A stretch of DNA of 64,000 bases from Geosiphon pyriformis uo1 (lineage: Eukaryota > Fungi > Glomeromycota), in the NCBI GenBank assembly GCA_016748015.1, contig JAAOMT010000586.1, positions 541,483 through 605,482 of the forward strand. Direction: 5' to 3'. The position numbers were made by a program, and so were the translations under genes. The notes under the pieces were generated by a model. That model was given only the letters and a program-made list of their open reading frames with translations. It searched no databases and was not told where the DNA came from. Of this stretch, positions 36,767-49,345 are shown piece by piece; within the stretch, counting starts at the first letter, position 1, and the number at the start of each line of letters is the position of its first letter.

Positions 36767-39700
36767 GTGGTCTGGTTTGGAAATTTGCTACATGTAATGT
36801 TCATGGAATCAATGTCCCTGCTAAGCAGGAGGATGTTGTGTGTTGGCATTATAATTTTGGCAATTTGGTCTCATTTATTATGGAGGTTTTCTACTGGGCT
36901 ATGGATCAAGAATAAATTTAATGGTGTTTGGATTTTTACTTCTGGTTTGAGTGTTGGTTATCTTGGTGCTGGTGTTGCTGTGATTATGAATAACTCTTTG
37001 GCCTGTCATATTTCTAAGGTTGAGGAAATTTCTGATTGGATTATTTCTGTTTAAAGGCAAGCTGTCGGTGTCTGTGCTCAGTTTGTATGCTGGTGCCTCT
37101 TCTAGTGTTCGTTTTGAGCAGGCTTCTGAGGTTAATGCTCTCATTGCTAAGGCTGTTAACACCAGCACTTTTGTGGTCTTGAGTGAGAATTTTAATGAGA
37201 ATGGGTTAGAGAGAAGTGTGAATTTCAAATTCTGTTTGGGGCTGGATCTGGTTAATTCATTTGCTGGCCATCATTTGCCAAATGCTCTGACGTGATATAA
37301 CTTAAGGGAGGTCAAAAAGACTATTAATTACATATTGATTAGTGAGAATTTATCTTCTGCTGTTGCTAAGCACTGGGTTGGGTTAGTTTTAGATTTTCTA
37401 GATACAGATCACAGTGCTGTTATGGTGTCAGTTGGTCTGGGTGGGCTTTTAAATGTTCAGTTGAATAGTTTGCACAAGCAGGCTAACAAAGATTGTTGAA
37501 AGTTCAGAATTAAAGATGCAAATGCATCCAAGTAAGTTGAGTTTAGGGATTGTGTTTTAGCAAAGCTTTTGTTGGCCAAGGGCTTCTTCTCTGATGCCAA
37601 AGCTGGATGTAATTTAGATACTATGTGGGTGATTTTGAAAAAGGAAATAGTTGAGTCTGCTGACAAAACTTTTTTTAAACAATGGTTTAGTGAGATTCAG
37701 TACTTTAGGAATAAGCATTCTTCAAAGTTCTTTGAATTGGAATTACTTGTTGCCAAAATTGTTGGTATGGTCTACTCTAGTGACAAGCTTGGGGTTAATT
37801 GTCTTGTAAAAAAATGGTCCACTTTGGATGAGGCCAAAGCTTGAGCATTCTCTAATTTGGTTCGATTGGGCGAAAGTAGTATGGCTCTTCTCAAGTGCCT
37901 GTTGTCTATTTGCAAGGGATACAGAAAATCAAAAATGTTTGAATTAAGGCTAGCTGAAAAAACTTCTATTAGGAAAGCTATAGAAAAACACATAGAGAGT
38001 TTTGCTTCTGATAAAAAGGGCATGATCAGAAGTGTTTTAGACTGGCCTTTTCACAGGGTGGTTCTTGATCATTTGGTTGTTAATGATGACTTGGTTCTGG
38101 AATCTGTGGAGGTGATGTTTAAAGTAGATAAGATTATGGTGGAATGGACGAGGAAGTGGGCAGTGTCTATAGTAATGCCTGATTTCTGGGCTTGTCAATA
38201 TGCACCTTTGGATTACATGTGAGATAATGCTTTTTTTGGGGTAATGCATAAGATTGGTTTGGGTGAGCTGTTCTTAGTTGTTGGGAGTCTGCCTGATGGC
38301 AAGGCTGCTGACTTGTTTGGCATTCCTAATGAACTGTGGAAACATAATAATGATGTGGTATTGGGTTACCTTCTGGAGCTGTTGAATGCATGTTTGATTA
38401 CTGGTGGGGTGCCTACTTTATGGAGGAGGACGTGGGTTTCAATGATTCTGAAATCTTATGACTGGAATGGAGTTCTTATAAACACTCGGCTTATTGTATT
38501 AATCGAGACTGCCAGGAAGATTTTCTTCAAGATTCTGTCTAACCAGATTTCATCCACTTGCAGCAGGTTTGATGTTCTTCAAGGTGATAACTTCTTTGTT
38601 TTGAAAGGTATGTCTACACAGTCTCTGGTATTTGCAGTTGGCTTAGTAGTTGAGGATGCTTTGAAAAAAAATCAAGAATTTTGGCTGATGTTACAGAACA
38701 TGTATAAGGCATATGATTCAGTTGGATGGCATCACTTAGAAACAAGCTTGAAGTGCATCAAGATGTGCAGTAGGTTTATCAGTTTCTTTGGTAGTATACA
38801 TAATGGTAGAATTAATAGAGTCATAATGGATTTTGGTCTGTCAGATGGCTATCAGATACATGATGGTTTAGATTAAGATGAGATTTTCTCCCCCTTTCTT
38901 TGGAGGATCTTCTATGATCCACTCTTGTGTGAGATTAAGAGACATGAACATTTGTGTGAATACAGAATTAATACTAAGTTTGTGGCAAGGACTGAAAAAA
39001 TTGAGAATAATAGTAGGATGTCCTTCTTTTTTACTGCTGGTGCTTTTGTGGATAATACAATTTGGGTAGGGGATTGTTAGGCTTCAATACAGTATGCTCT
39101 CAATATTGCCAGTAAATTTTTTTCTATCAATAATATTTCTATTAATAATAAGAAGACAGTGGCCATTCCAATCAATTAGGGTGTTAAAGTTGCTTCCTTA
39201 AGTATTAGTGGTTAGTTAATCTCTATAGCAAAGAAAGGCAAAACTCACAGATACCTGGGAATCTTTCTGTTGACTAAGGGGTTGTTCAAAACTAGTTTGG
39301 CCAAGGCAAATTTGGATGTTTGTTTCTTTGTTAATGTTGTGCTCAGGAAGATCATTATGGACAAACAGTTTTCTTATTTGGTCTCTGCTGTTTTGCAGCT
39401 AATTGTTAATTACAAGACACAGTTTAGTTTTGTCTTCTCTGGTGTGTATTACAAGTGGGACATTTTGGTTAGGAAAGACCTCAAGTCTAAGACATGCTTG
39501 TCTCGTGACTTTCCGAATAAAGCTTTGCATCATCTTTCTCTTTATGGCTTGAAGCCCTTTGACCAGGTTCAATCCGAGAGTAAGATTGCTGTTGTAGTCT
39601 TCTTTTCAAATGCTCCAGGCATTTTTGGTCGGTTGTTCTTTCATCACTTCTTGAATTTGCAGGTTCTTGGATGGACACTCTTGAATTTATTGCAGTTTCC

Positions 39701-41432
39701 AGTCAAGCTGTTTGTTAGTCCTGTGAACAATTTTTTAGCTGGTATAATCAAGATTCTTTTGGATTGTGAGTTGTCCTTAACAAACATTCTGTCCAGTGCT
39801 TTTAGGGATCTTGGTGTCTTTCTTATGTCTGAGATTTTAGGAAGGTCCTTGTTTCTCAGTTGTGTTCGTTTTTTAAAGTGTTTTGGAGTTGCCTTTAGTG
39901 ACTGACTCCTTGACAAAAGAGGTGCTGTAATAGACTGGAAGACTTTTTGTCATTAAAAAAGGCTTGATCTCAGAAGCTCTGTGCCTTATTGGTTCAGAGT
40001 TATGTCAAGGTTTTTGCTGGATAGGAATTTAGTGCCACTTACTACTGTTGGAGCTAGTAATTTTTTGGGCTGTAGTGTTTTGGATTCTGAGCAGTTTGCT
40101 ATGATACATGATGGTCTGCTTGAGGTTTGGTTTGGCTCTGTCAATGTTTACACTGATAGTTTGTTAAAATTTGCTGGCTCCTCTAGTGTAATTAGTGAGA
40201 CCGCTGCTTATTTTCCTGCTTTGAATTCAGGAGTTGGCATTGGTGTTCATGGGCTTCTGTTTTTGACTTTATCAGAATTGCAGGCTGTGGCTCTTGCTCT
40301 GAAATGCATTCCTTCTTTTTGTTCAGTGGTTGTTCATCTTGACAGCCAAGCTGTTATTGATGCGTGTGTATTTGAATTAGCTTTAGCTGTCCCTGATTTT
40401 TGCAATTGTTATTGGGTTAAGAGAAAACATATTGTCAATTTGATTAAGGATAAGGATCTCACAGTGAGTTGGGTTAAGGTCAAAGGTTATTCTGGAGTTT
40501 CTGGCAATGATCGTGCTGATGCACTGGCTGGAGAGGCTGCTAGATCTCTCTTTTTTTTGCCAGCTGAAATTTGCAAGTGTTTTTTGTTGGCTGAAAATAC
40601 TGTGGTTTCAGATAATGCTTGTTACTTTGTCAGAGATATTTTTAGATCTGTTTGTTGTGCTTGCTGGGAGGCTGGTCCAGATTGTAACATGATTTTGGTT
40701 GTTCTATTGCAAAATTTTGATTGGGTTGTTTCCACACGGGTTTGGCATCCTGACTTGCATATGTTTGCTGGGTTTACCAGCAGGAAATCTGTGATTCTTT
40801 GTACATACTTAATAAAAGCTTTACACAAAAGACTGTCAGTAGCTGTTCACAAAAGATTGTATGATAAAAGTTATCCTGGCATTTGGTGTTTATTGTGTGG
40901 TGAAGTGGAGTTGCTGGACCATGTTTTCATCTACTCATGGGATGTTTATGTTTGGGAGGATATTTTGTCAGAAACATCTATGTATTGGATCTCTCTGGCT
41001 GGTGCTTGTGATTTGTTTTCTTTCTCTGTTTTAAAGACTCTTGATTTTTGTCATTTGGATGTTGGCTTATATTTAGTTTTGTGTAAAGAGTTTGTGTTTA
41101 AGAATTGGTGTGTAGAAGCAGTTGGTGTTTTTGATAATGTTAAGAGTGCTTCTAGTGTAATTATTGACTTTGTTAGATATTTGGTTGAGTTGTATTGATC
41201 TAAGATGTAGTTAGTGAGGTCCAAATTTAGAATGGACATAAAGAGGGTGGGTTTGGTTGGTAATGACGGTTTGGTGTTAGGTTTGTCACATTGTGTATCT
41301 TCTATACTATCTAATAAAATAATCAGACTGCTTGGCATTATGGAGTTATTTGATGTAAGTTTTGGCTGTTACAGGCTTTGTCATTTCTTTTCTGGTTTGG
41401 ATGGTTCTCCATGTGTTGATTTGGGTGTATAG
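36763..41432 (+). pseudogene. LINE D ORF2 (APE-RT-RNaseH-CCHC)
   Basis: MSGLVWKFATCNV start overlapping the ORF1 stop (ATGA); RT 38244-38876; RNase H YTDS/ELQA/DSQA/GNDRADALA in 39981-41198. Confidence 0.92.
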
Positions 41433-42120
41433 TGTTGCTTTGTCTGGCCTAAGTGGCTAGCCATATATAAAAAGTGCGTGAATCATGTTTAGTTTGAACC
41501 ACTTAGTTTGGTTCTATGTACTAGATAGTAATTGGACTTTGCTTATTAATTGCTTTAATAAAAAAATAAAATATAAGATGATTAAAAAAAAAATTTTTGA
41601 ATAAACAGTCTTTGTATGTTCAAATACTAAATAAAAATACTATTAATAAGAGATGTTATAATAAATATTTATCAAAAATTATTATACTTTTTCTTATTAT
41701 AAACAAATCTTATCTTTCTTTTGTATTATTATTTATTAAACTAAAATAAAGCTTTTGTAATGGTTTTTGTTAACAATAATTATTATGAAGTCATAATAGT
41801 AAAATTTGGTGTTTCTGTATTATCAATTATTAATCAATAAATATAATTTGTTATCTTGATAATAACAAAATAGAAATTACTAATTTAAAATTATATTGCT
41901 TAATTTTTTTTTGCAAGTAATTCAGCCAGTGAAACAGTCTAAACAGACAAAAAAAAATAGAGTAATGCAATAATAATTACTTCACAAATGATAACCCTAT
42001 TAGCATTTTTTATAGAGAACATGAAATAAAGATTTTATAAAGTATGTATGTGTGTGTAATTTAAAAATGAAGTTTGTTCGTTACATCATCAATAATCATG
42101 TGATCTATAAACCCAGGCAG

Positions 42121-42175
42121 TGGTCCGGAAATATCACATGATTTTGCACTGTCCCTAAGCGCTGTCCGTAGACTT
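42121..42175 (-). repeat. Intact GC-rich copy of a dispersed ~55-bp element in the ELMO upstream region
   Basis: Its reverse complement aligns without gaps to 24171-24225. Contains direct repeats GGACAG(C/T)GC and ATCATGTGAT. Confidence 0.75.
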
Positions 42176-42360
42176 CCCGAAAAAATTATACATTTTTGTT
42201 TACTTTGATCCTTGCACATGCGCGAACTCAAAATTTTAATAGCTTTCAATTACCTAAATGACTTTATCTCGCTTTACCAGCTGAATATCAAGATTAAACC
42301 TAAAATTGCCGGTTTACACCATTAATTACTTTTTCACAATTGAAAGCCAAGTTTTGCAAA

Positions 42361-45192
42361 ATGATTGTACAGGTTACTGTTCAATACGAAAAGACCCAGG
42401 TTACTTGTGGTATTGATGTGTCACAGCCTATTGCTACAGTGATTAAATCCTTATGCCTCGAACATTTTAACATCCAAGAACCTGCAGCCCTTTACGCTTT
42501 AAGATTACAGGACACTCAAGAACTAATAACCGAAGAGGTAATAATAAATTATTCTGAAATAATTAGATTTTCATTACTGAATAACTTTTAATTCTTATCT
42601 TTAATAGAATTTAAGGCGGAAGGTGACGGAAAAGGAGCGGCTAAAACTAGTTTCATCCCCAATAATTGAAGCAGCCGAAATTTGTGAAAAAATGGGATCA
42701 AATGATGATAAAACCTTGAAGCAAACCACGTTTGATCTTCAAAAATTTATTAGGGTATTTAAAATTAATGCATGTGGGATTATGTACGATTCGTTTAATT
42801 CATATAGCTATTCTTAAAACTTAAAATGATTTTACATAGGAAGTCGAATTTATGGATGAGTTTTTAAGAAGAGGTGGTCTAAAATCTTTAATGGAGACTA
42901 TTAACACTACTGGTGGAAACACATTAGCTTACGCATTAACTTCCATGCAAAATCTCATGGAGCATGATCACGGTTGGGATAATCTTGATTCATTTTTTAT
43001 AAATAAGGTGATTTTATGAATTAAATTTGGTCTTGGAAAGTAATTCATTGTTAGTTATCTAAATCTTTCTTGTACAATCAAAGGTTATTAAGATCCTTGT
43101 GAGGCAAACTCTCGTTAATATTTGTCGCCCTGCCACAGCTATAATTATTAAACTTGTGACCGCTGATAAAAACTCAACCACCTCCCCAATTCGATGTTAT
43201 GGTTTCGATGTGTTACATGATGCGATGGTTTTACAACCAAATTTTTTGGCGACCTTAGTACAACGCTTTGCCTCTGCTGATTATGTATTATGCTTGAACA
43301 GTTTATGTTTGATTAATGCTTTAATGCGACATGTAACTGATCAGTATTGGGAATCTTTCATGAATATGTTAGATAAGTTATCCGTTAGGAAAGCTGTTGC
43401 GGTAAGGTTTTTTCACAACTTAATTAAAGAATCAAACAAATCTCAATTTCCAAGATTTAATTCTATATTTAGCTCCTTATGAATGGCCATCCAAGCGAAG
43501 AATTGTCCAAACATCTTCTAGAATTTCAATCACTTTTTGTTAGGCAGGCATATCGATGGAAACGCACACAAGTTTCTCTACATATTCCCTCGCATAAAGC
43601 TATGTTGGAAGAATTATGGACTTCTGCCAATTTACCCGAAGATGGAACTAAATGGAGGAAAATTGGTTTTGGTGTATGATTTTTCTAATTGAGCTTGTAA
43701 TTGGAGGAGTTATTGATATTTTAACCGATTTAATTATGGTACAGACCGAAGCTCCGAAATGGGAAATTCAACGTGTTGGTTACTTAGGCTTAGATAATAT
43801 GCACGGCTTCATGAAACGAGATACTGAATATTATCAAAAGGTTACTTTAAAAAATTTTCAAATTTTAACGTAATCAAGAGTATTAACGATCATATCAATA
43901 TCTCTCATTAGACGATTCTAGAACAAATAAACCGCCCTGTTGAAAGGCGATGTCCTTTTGCAAAAACATCTATCGAGGTCACTGAGCTTTTATGTGATTA
44001 TTGGGACATCAGCACAGGCTGTTAGTGGTTGCTTCAATTTGTTTAGAATGGGCTATAAGTTTATCTATTAATTCACTTTTTTTGCCTTTATCAAGATACA
44101 ACTTCTACGTCTTTCCAACCTTTACTTTTATCATTCGAGAAAATCCATTATATTACCATAAAATCTTTCTTCCGTATGTGGCATGAAATGGAAGCAACAT
44201 TAGAAGATTTTCCAAAAGTATCTGCTCTTGTTCGCAGTCAACTCAAATTCGCTTTGCGTGATGAGGCTACTAAACAACTTTATGAGTTTGAGAAAGATAT
44301 GCTAGAAGCCGAATATAAAGTGATCAGGGATCGTCAACTAAAAGAATTGGAACTCGGCGACGATCTCCTAAGCAAAACTCCAGTTAGGTATTTAATGAGG
44401 CTTTTCCTTTCTGCGTTGATTAATTTTCCTTTTACTCTACATTAATTTAAATAATATTATAGAAATTTACGCGGAAGACTTTATACCGAATCTTATGAAT
44501 TCGTGAAATCTCAGCGTATTAGATGCCTCTTATTAGGCGCTTGGTTTCAAATACTAACTCCTGCTCCCCTCTCAACAGGTGCACCAAACTATGGTCGTCG
44601 TTCTTATTCAAACAAGAAGTGGCGATTTTATCGATTGAGTCCCAACATCAAATTTCTCCATTATGGAGACTTTATGGAAAAGGGAGATATTAAAAATGGT
44701 GTTGAAGATTTACCTGAGCGCAGTGAGTCCAAAAAAGTTTAAATAGTTTGATATCATGAATTCAACCCTAATATTAATATTTTTTTATTAGTTGATCTTA
44801 CTCTAGTCACAGATATAATGACTGGTGGATATTCGAACCAATTAGCAATGTTATCTGGCTCACCTCCCCGCACTAAATCAAATACCGGTTCTCAGGATTT
44901 AACTTTTTCATTAATGTCAGGAGCCGAAACATCCCTTGCAGATTTCGTCGCCCCTAATCATACCCAGTACTCGGAATGGACAGATGGATTTAATATGCTT
45001 TTCGATAAAAACATTGGCAGCAAAGATACTGCTGAATACATTCATGTATTGACTGAGATCGGAGTAAAAGTCAAATTATTGGATCTGAGCGGGGAATGTG
45101 TCGAGATCCCACAAACTGTCCAAGTTCCTAGTGAATTACCTGTGATAGGACCGAATGGTCATGGGTTTTTTTATGACGATCCATTTGCATAA
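42361..45192 (+). CDS. ELMO: ELMO/CED-12 family protein (N-terminal/ARM region, ELMO domain, PH domain); multi-exon
   Basis: Exons joined by short GT-AG introns (e.g. 42538-42607, 42755-42839). Motifs LYALRL..ELITEE, GNTLAYAL, WRKIGF, CPFAKTSIEVTELL, QRIRCLLLGAWF, WRFYRLSPN..LHYGDF, WTDGFNML. Confidence 0.9.
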
Positions 45193-45491
45193 ATTTATAT
45201 TATTATTTTGGTAGATAGAGGAAACATAGATGTATTATTTAATTCCCCGGGATATCAGATTTTTGACCTAGTGTCATTTTAAAATAATCTAGAATAAATC
45301 ATTAATACCAACATCTCTGCGTAATATATTCATTTGAATGGATACGAAATTGTGTAAATTAAGAGGTTACAGATGTATATACATATATGTACAATGCAGA
45401 ATTACATTATCATAAAAGAACGTATTAAATCTACAAGTCTATAAACTCAATAAGTATGAACATTCGAATTATAGGAAGGCACATAGGTAAG

Positions 45492-48400
45492 TTATTGCCA
45501 AGTTTTCCTTTGATGGTCATCATCCACCAAGAAAGGGTTGTTGCCAGTATCAAAGTAAAGACGAGCTTCTGGAAACAATTGTTGTATCGAAGGGAGTAAA
45601 GAGAATTTTTGGGTCTTGTCTCCTTGACTGATCATTTCATTTTTAATTTCTTTGAAGGCACGAAAAAATATAAACGTGGAAAATAAACGGTTTCGAACAC
45701 ACCTCTCTGATGATGATTTTTTAATTGGTTGCTCCTCCAAATCACTCCATTTTAGAGGGTTGCTAAGTTCAGTTAGTGGATAAAATGGTTGAAAAGACCT
45801 GTATTGAAATGATGGCGGTGGAGGCAAGCGAGAGGCTGCAGATGTTTTCGTCTGAGCTACTTTCACTGAATTGAATTTGAAGGAATAAAACCATGATAAA
45901 AATACATGAATAAGACGCCATGATATAAACATACACGTGTCGCGAATGAAATTGTTTCGCATTTCGTGATCATCTCGGAAAGGATCGAAATCCCCCTGAT
46001 ATCGTGGAGCAATTTCGGATGGAGACTTGGAAAAGATCAATGAGGGTAGGTATTGTTCATCTTCGGAAGGCGTGGCATTTGAGGTCGTTTTCATCTATTT
46101 ATTTAACCATTTAGTAACTTTATGTTGAATTTAATTATATGGGATTGAAACTCACCAGGGTCGCTTCAGAAACTTGTCCATTATCCTCTTCTTTCTTAAT
46201 GGGTGCCAACAAGTCTTGAAGGTCAGGAGGAAGTTTCAAGCCTGTTACTTGTAATATCATCATCTTTTGACGTTCAGTGAATACAGGGGTCAAGATTCCA
46301 GCATGCAACTATAAAGGAATTTAGATTAATTGCAGATAAAAATGCATCAAAAATAAAGATTCTAACCATTCTTTCGAGTAACGTTTCTTCTATACGATGA
46401 TACTCCTTGCTAAGGTGAATCTTTAGTGATTCAATCGCCACTTTAAATTTAGAAATATTTAGTATGATGATTATAATTTTAAATAACCGGAAGATTTAAG
46501 CAAAAAATATTATTCTCACACTTCAGCATCTCAAACAAAAGATCACGCTGTAAAGTAGTGTAAAGATCGCTTTGATGAAACGGGAACTAAGAGAAAAATA
46601 ATTAAATTCTTGCTTGGCTTATGAGTAATTGTTGATGTTAGTACCTTGACAAGAACAGTGATGATATTCTCGAAAGGACGTTCGGCACATTTGCGTGAGA
46701 AATGAAGCTTTAAGTTTTCCAAGATGTGAAAAATTTTTTAATATAAATTACACGGCAAATCCTAGCAAGATTCAGTAATTTCACACCTTGTAATTACGGC
46801 AAACCACTAGTAATGCGTTCATTTCTTCTCTTGTAACTAGAGGAATATTGGGCACAGTGACGGATGTTGTCTCCTTCATCTCGGCAGTAATCACAGCGTT
46901 GCATCCGTTAAAACTCCCCTTCCATTTAGGAAAAATCGTTTTCATTAGATCTTCTTGGGAAGATCGCGTGCACGAAATAAGCCGCCCTTTTAAAGGTTTC
47001 ATATTTCGCATCTCGACTGCTCGATGGGCATCGGCAGGTGTCACAAGTTCAATAAACGCTTCCGAAAGAGTTTTTCCAGTTGTTCTATTTGCCCATATAA
47101 AGATCAATCATAGTTACACATCTTTGAAAAAAAATTTATACTGGGAGGCATTTACTCACCGATCCATGATAATATGAATACATTGTGCATAGGTGCATGG
47201 ATCAGGCATTTGAAAATTGGAGAAGAAAGTCTTAATGTCCTTCAATGAAACATCCCAGGGTATCTTCGACATGAAATTCGGGTGAGAATCTTTTATGCAA
47301 AATCCGTAGAAAAACTTGACAAATTACATTGCTAATTTTCACCACGGGCCAGTTGTGCGGTGTGGCCAGTTTGCTCAATTCAGTGAACGCAACTTGCTGC
47401 GACCGATTCCCAATTACCGTTGATTGAACCGGAGGAATGAGTGGTGGTGTATAGCCAGGAAAGGCCCAAGTTATTGGGCATGAAATCTCTTCCTCTAGAC
47501 GTTTTAAAACGACCTGTACTTTTTCGTCTGAGCTTGGTGGTGTCGGATAAGGATTGCTCACAGATTTTTGGCTTAAGGCAACGTCAGATTGCGTTGGATT
47601 CACAGAATCTTTTTTTGGATTTTGTGTAGCTTGAGAGGATTCCTCAGGATGCCGCGGAGTTCGATAAGAAACATTCACTTCAGTTTCGTTTGTTAAGATT
47701 TTCTTAAATTCTACAATTGACTTTATAGAGAATGTAGAATTTAGTCCACTTAAGGCTTAAATTTACATATGATAATATTTTACTCACAGTCGTACAGAAG
47801 GGGCATTCAGAGTAAGTCCTGGATAAACTTTTGACGGTGCTCGTACGTAATTTGTGAGCGCAAGCTTCGCACATCCTTCCACACATATCAAACACAAAAA
47901 GACCAAAATGTAAAGTGTTTTATGCAACTTGTATTTTCAATAAAGGCTCTAATGACTACCTATGTCCGCAGGGTTTAAGTAGAACGCATCCAATTTTGCA
48001 CAAAATACAAGATGCTGTCTGCTTTTGAAGGCATGCAGAGGGTTGAAGTGAGTGTGGAAAGACTAAATGAGATGTTGTTTGGAATGCTCGAGGTCTAATT
48101 GAATAGATTCCATCGTGTTGGTTGACAGCTGAGGAATTCTCATCAATATAGCTAAACGTTGGTTTTTCATTCGCCTATAAATATAATAGACAATAAAAAT
48201 TAACCAAAACATATCGCAACACTCAGATCTCCGAATAACGAGAACTTTAGACTTGATTGTACCTTGTCTCTAACGTAATACAAAGGGACTTTTCCTTTAG
48301 TATCACGATTGTTAAAGACATGATGGCTAGAAGGGTAGACAGTGGATGGTATAATAGTAGAGCTTAAATTGGTCGATGGAGAATCTTGGAATTCACGATA

Positions 48401-48746
48401 ATTGTTTTGCACAACCCTATCTCGAAGATTTGTGTTTCCAAGAGTAGGTGGGCGTGAGATTTTGGCGGCTTCTACTTTTGTCGAGATAACCGATTGATCT
48501 ACATTCAAACGAGCATTTTCCTGAAGTTTTTTCCTGTTATCTTTTCCTTCGAGAGCAACTATATCATTCAATCAACACCAAGATATTTTATTCCAAACCC
48601 AACTCTGAGGATCAAATAGGTGTTAAACAATGAATATGCCAACCTTCGGCTAGCCTTTCACATATTTCTTCAACAGAAGCCTTGTTGGGTCTTTTGACGT
48701 TCAAGATTTCTTCCGAGTTCAGAAGAGAGCTGCTATGGGACTCCAT
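45492..48746 (-). CDS. Multi-exon RNA-binding protein with a RING-like Cys/His cluster and a quasi-RRM (hnRNP F/H-like) domain
   Basis: Spliced reading PVVKISNIPWDVSLKDIKTFF...IHIIMDRTTGKTLSEAFIEL...SSQEDLMKTIFP...CAERPFENII; upstream CILC...KPCGH..CEAC...CPFC. CpG intact. Start (ATG 48746) and last exon are approximate. Confidence 0.75.
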
Positions 48747-49071
48747 ATAAGTCGAAGTGTCTTGAGTTGTTCTTTGAAAATTTTGACCTTGAGGCCTGAA
48801 GACTAGCAAAAGCTCTGCTCTAGTCAAAACAAGAACGATGGGTAAGTCAAAAACTTAATGTTTGAAATTACAGTATTTGGTAACCTTCCAAGAACTCTTT
48901 GACCTTCAACTTTAAGTGAAAAAAAACTACTTGTTTTTGGTGAAAGAGCAAGAAGGAAACTAACCTTGAGAAGAATGATTGAATAGAAGGTTAAACTACC
49001 CAATGACTCTGGGGAGCCTTATTTATCAAGGAAACAACTGGTCAGAAAATCCGAAAAGGGTTAAGGTAAGA

Positions 49072-49232
49072 ACGCGAAGAATCGCGTGTTTTATAGAATT
49101 CTACGCGTCCGATGAGTATCTTTCAACGAATCAAGTTGCAATACGTCATACAAGAAAAAATGACGTCACGTTGGAGAAACGTAGCTGCGACAAGTATGAC
49201 TAAAACTAATCTTTATTTTAGTTATTCGCGAA
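49072..49232. promoter_or_regulatory. Cluster of MCB-like CGCG elements and a CRE palindrome upstream of the RING-RRM gene
   Basis: ACGCGA 49072, TCGCGT 49082, ACGCGT 49103, TGACGTCA 49161, TTCGCGAA 49225. Confidence 0.4.
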
Positions 49233-49345
49233 TCATTCCTGGATCCTTATTAATAAAAATACAAAGGCGAATCTTGAAGGAAATTGAGGATATTATAATA
49301 TTCTCCAGAAAAAAATTTTTCTCAGTAAATGTTTACTATGCACAC

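Larger units (their letters stand above)
34691..41571 (+). mobile_element. LINE copy D, full length, with a distinct 5' end/ORF1
   Basis: TSD AGATGAT at 34684-34690 and 41576-41582 (extends to tat[t/a]agatgat). ORF1, ORF2, 3' UTR, polyA. Confidence 0.93.

Noticed and set aside
10427-41338. Numerous antisense ORFs over LINE ORF1/ORF2 (e.g. 10427-10798, 26233-26643, 27396-27959, 36322-36849)
   Set aside because: Shadow frames of T/G-rich coding sequence; no motifs and not consistently open between copies.
1334-41432. Alternative genetic code or programmed readthrough to explain the many in-frame TGA/TAG/TAA codons
   Set aside because: Stops occur at different positions in different copies, at Trp/Arg/Gln codons reachable by one transition; host genes read normally.
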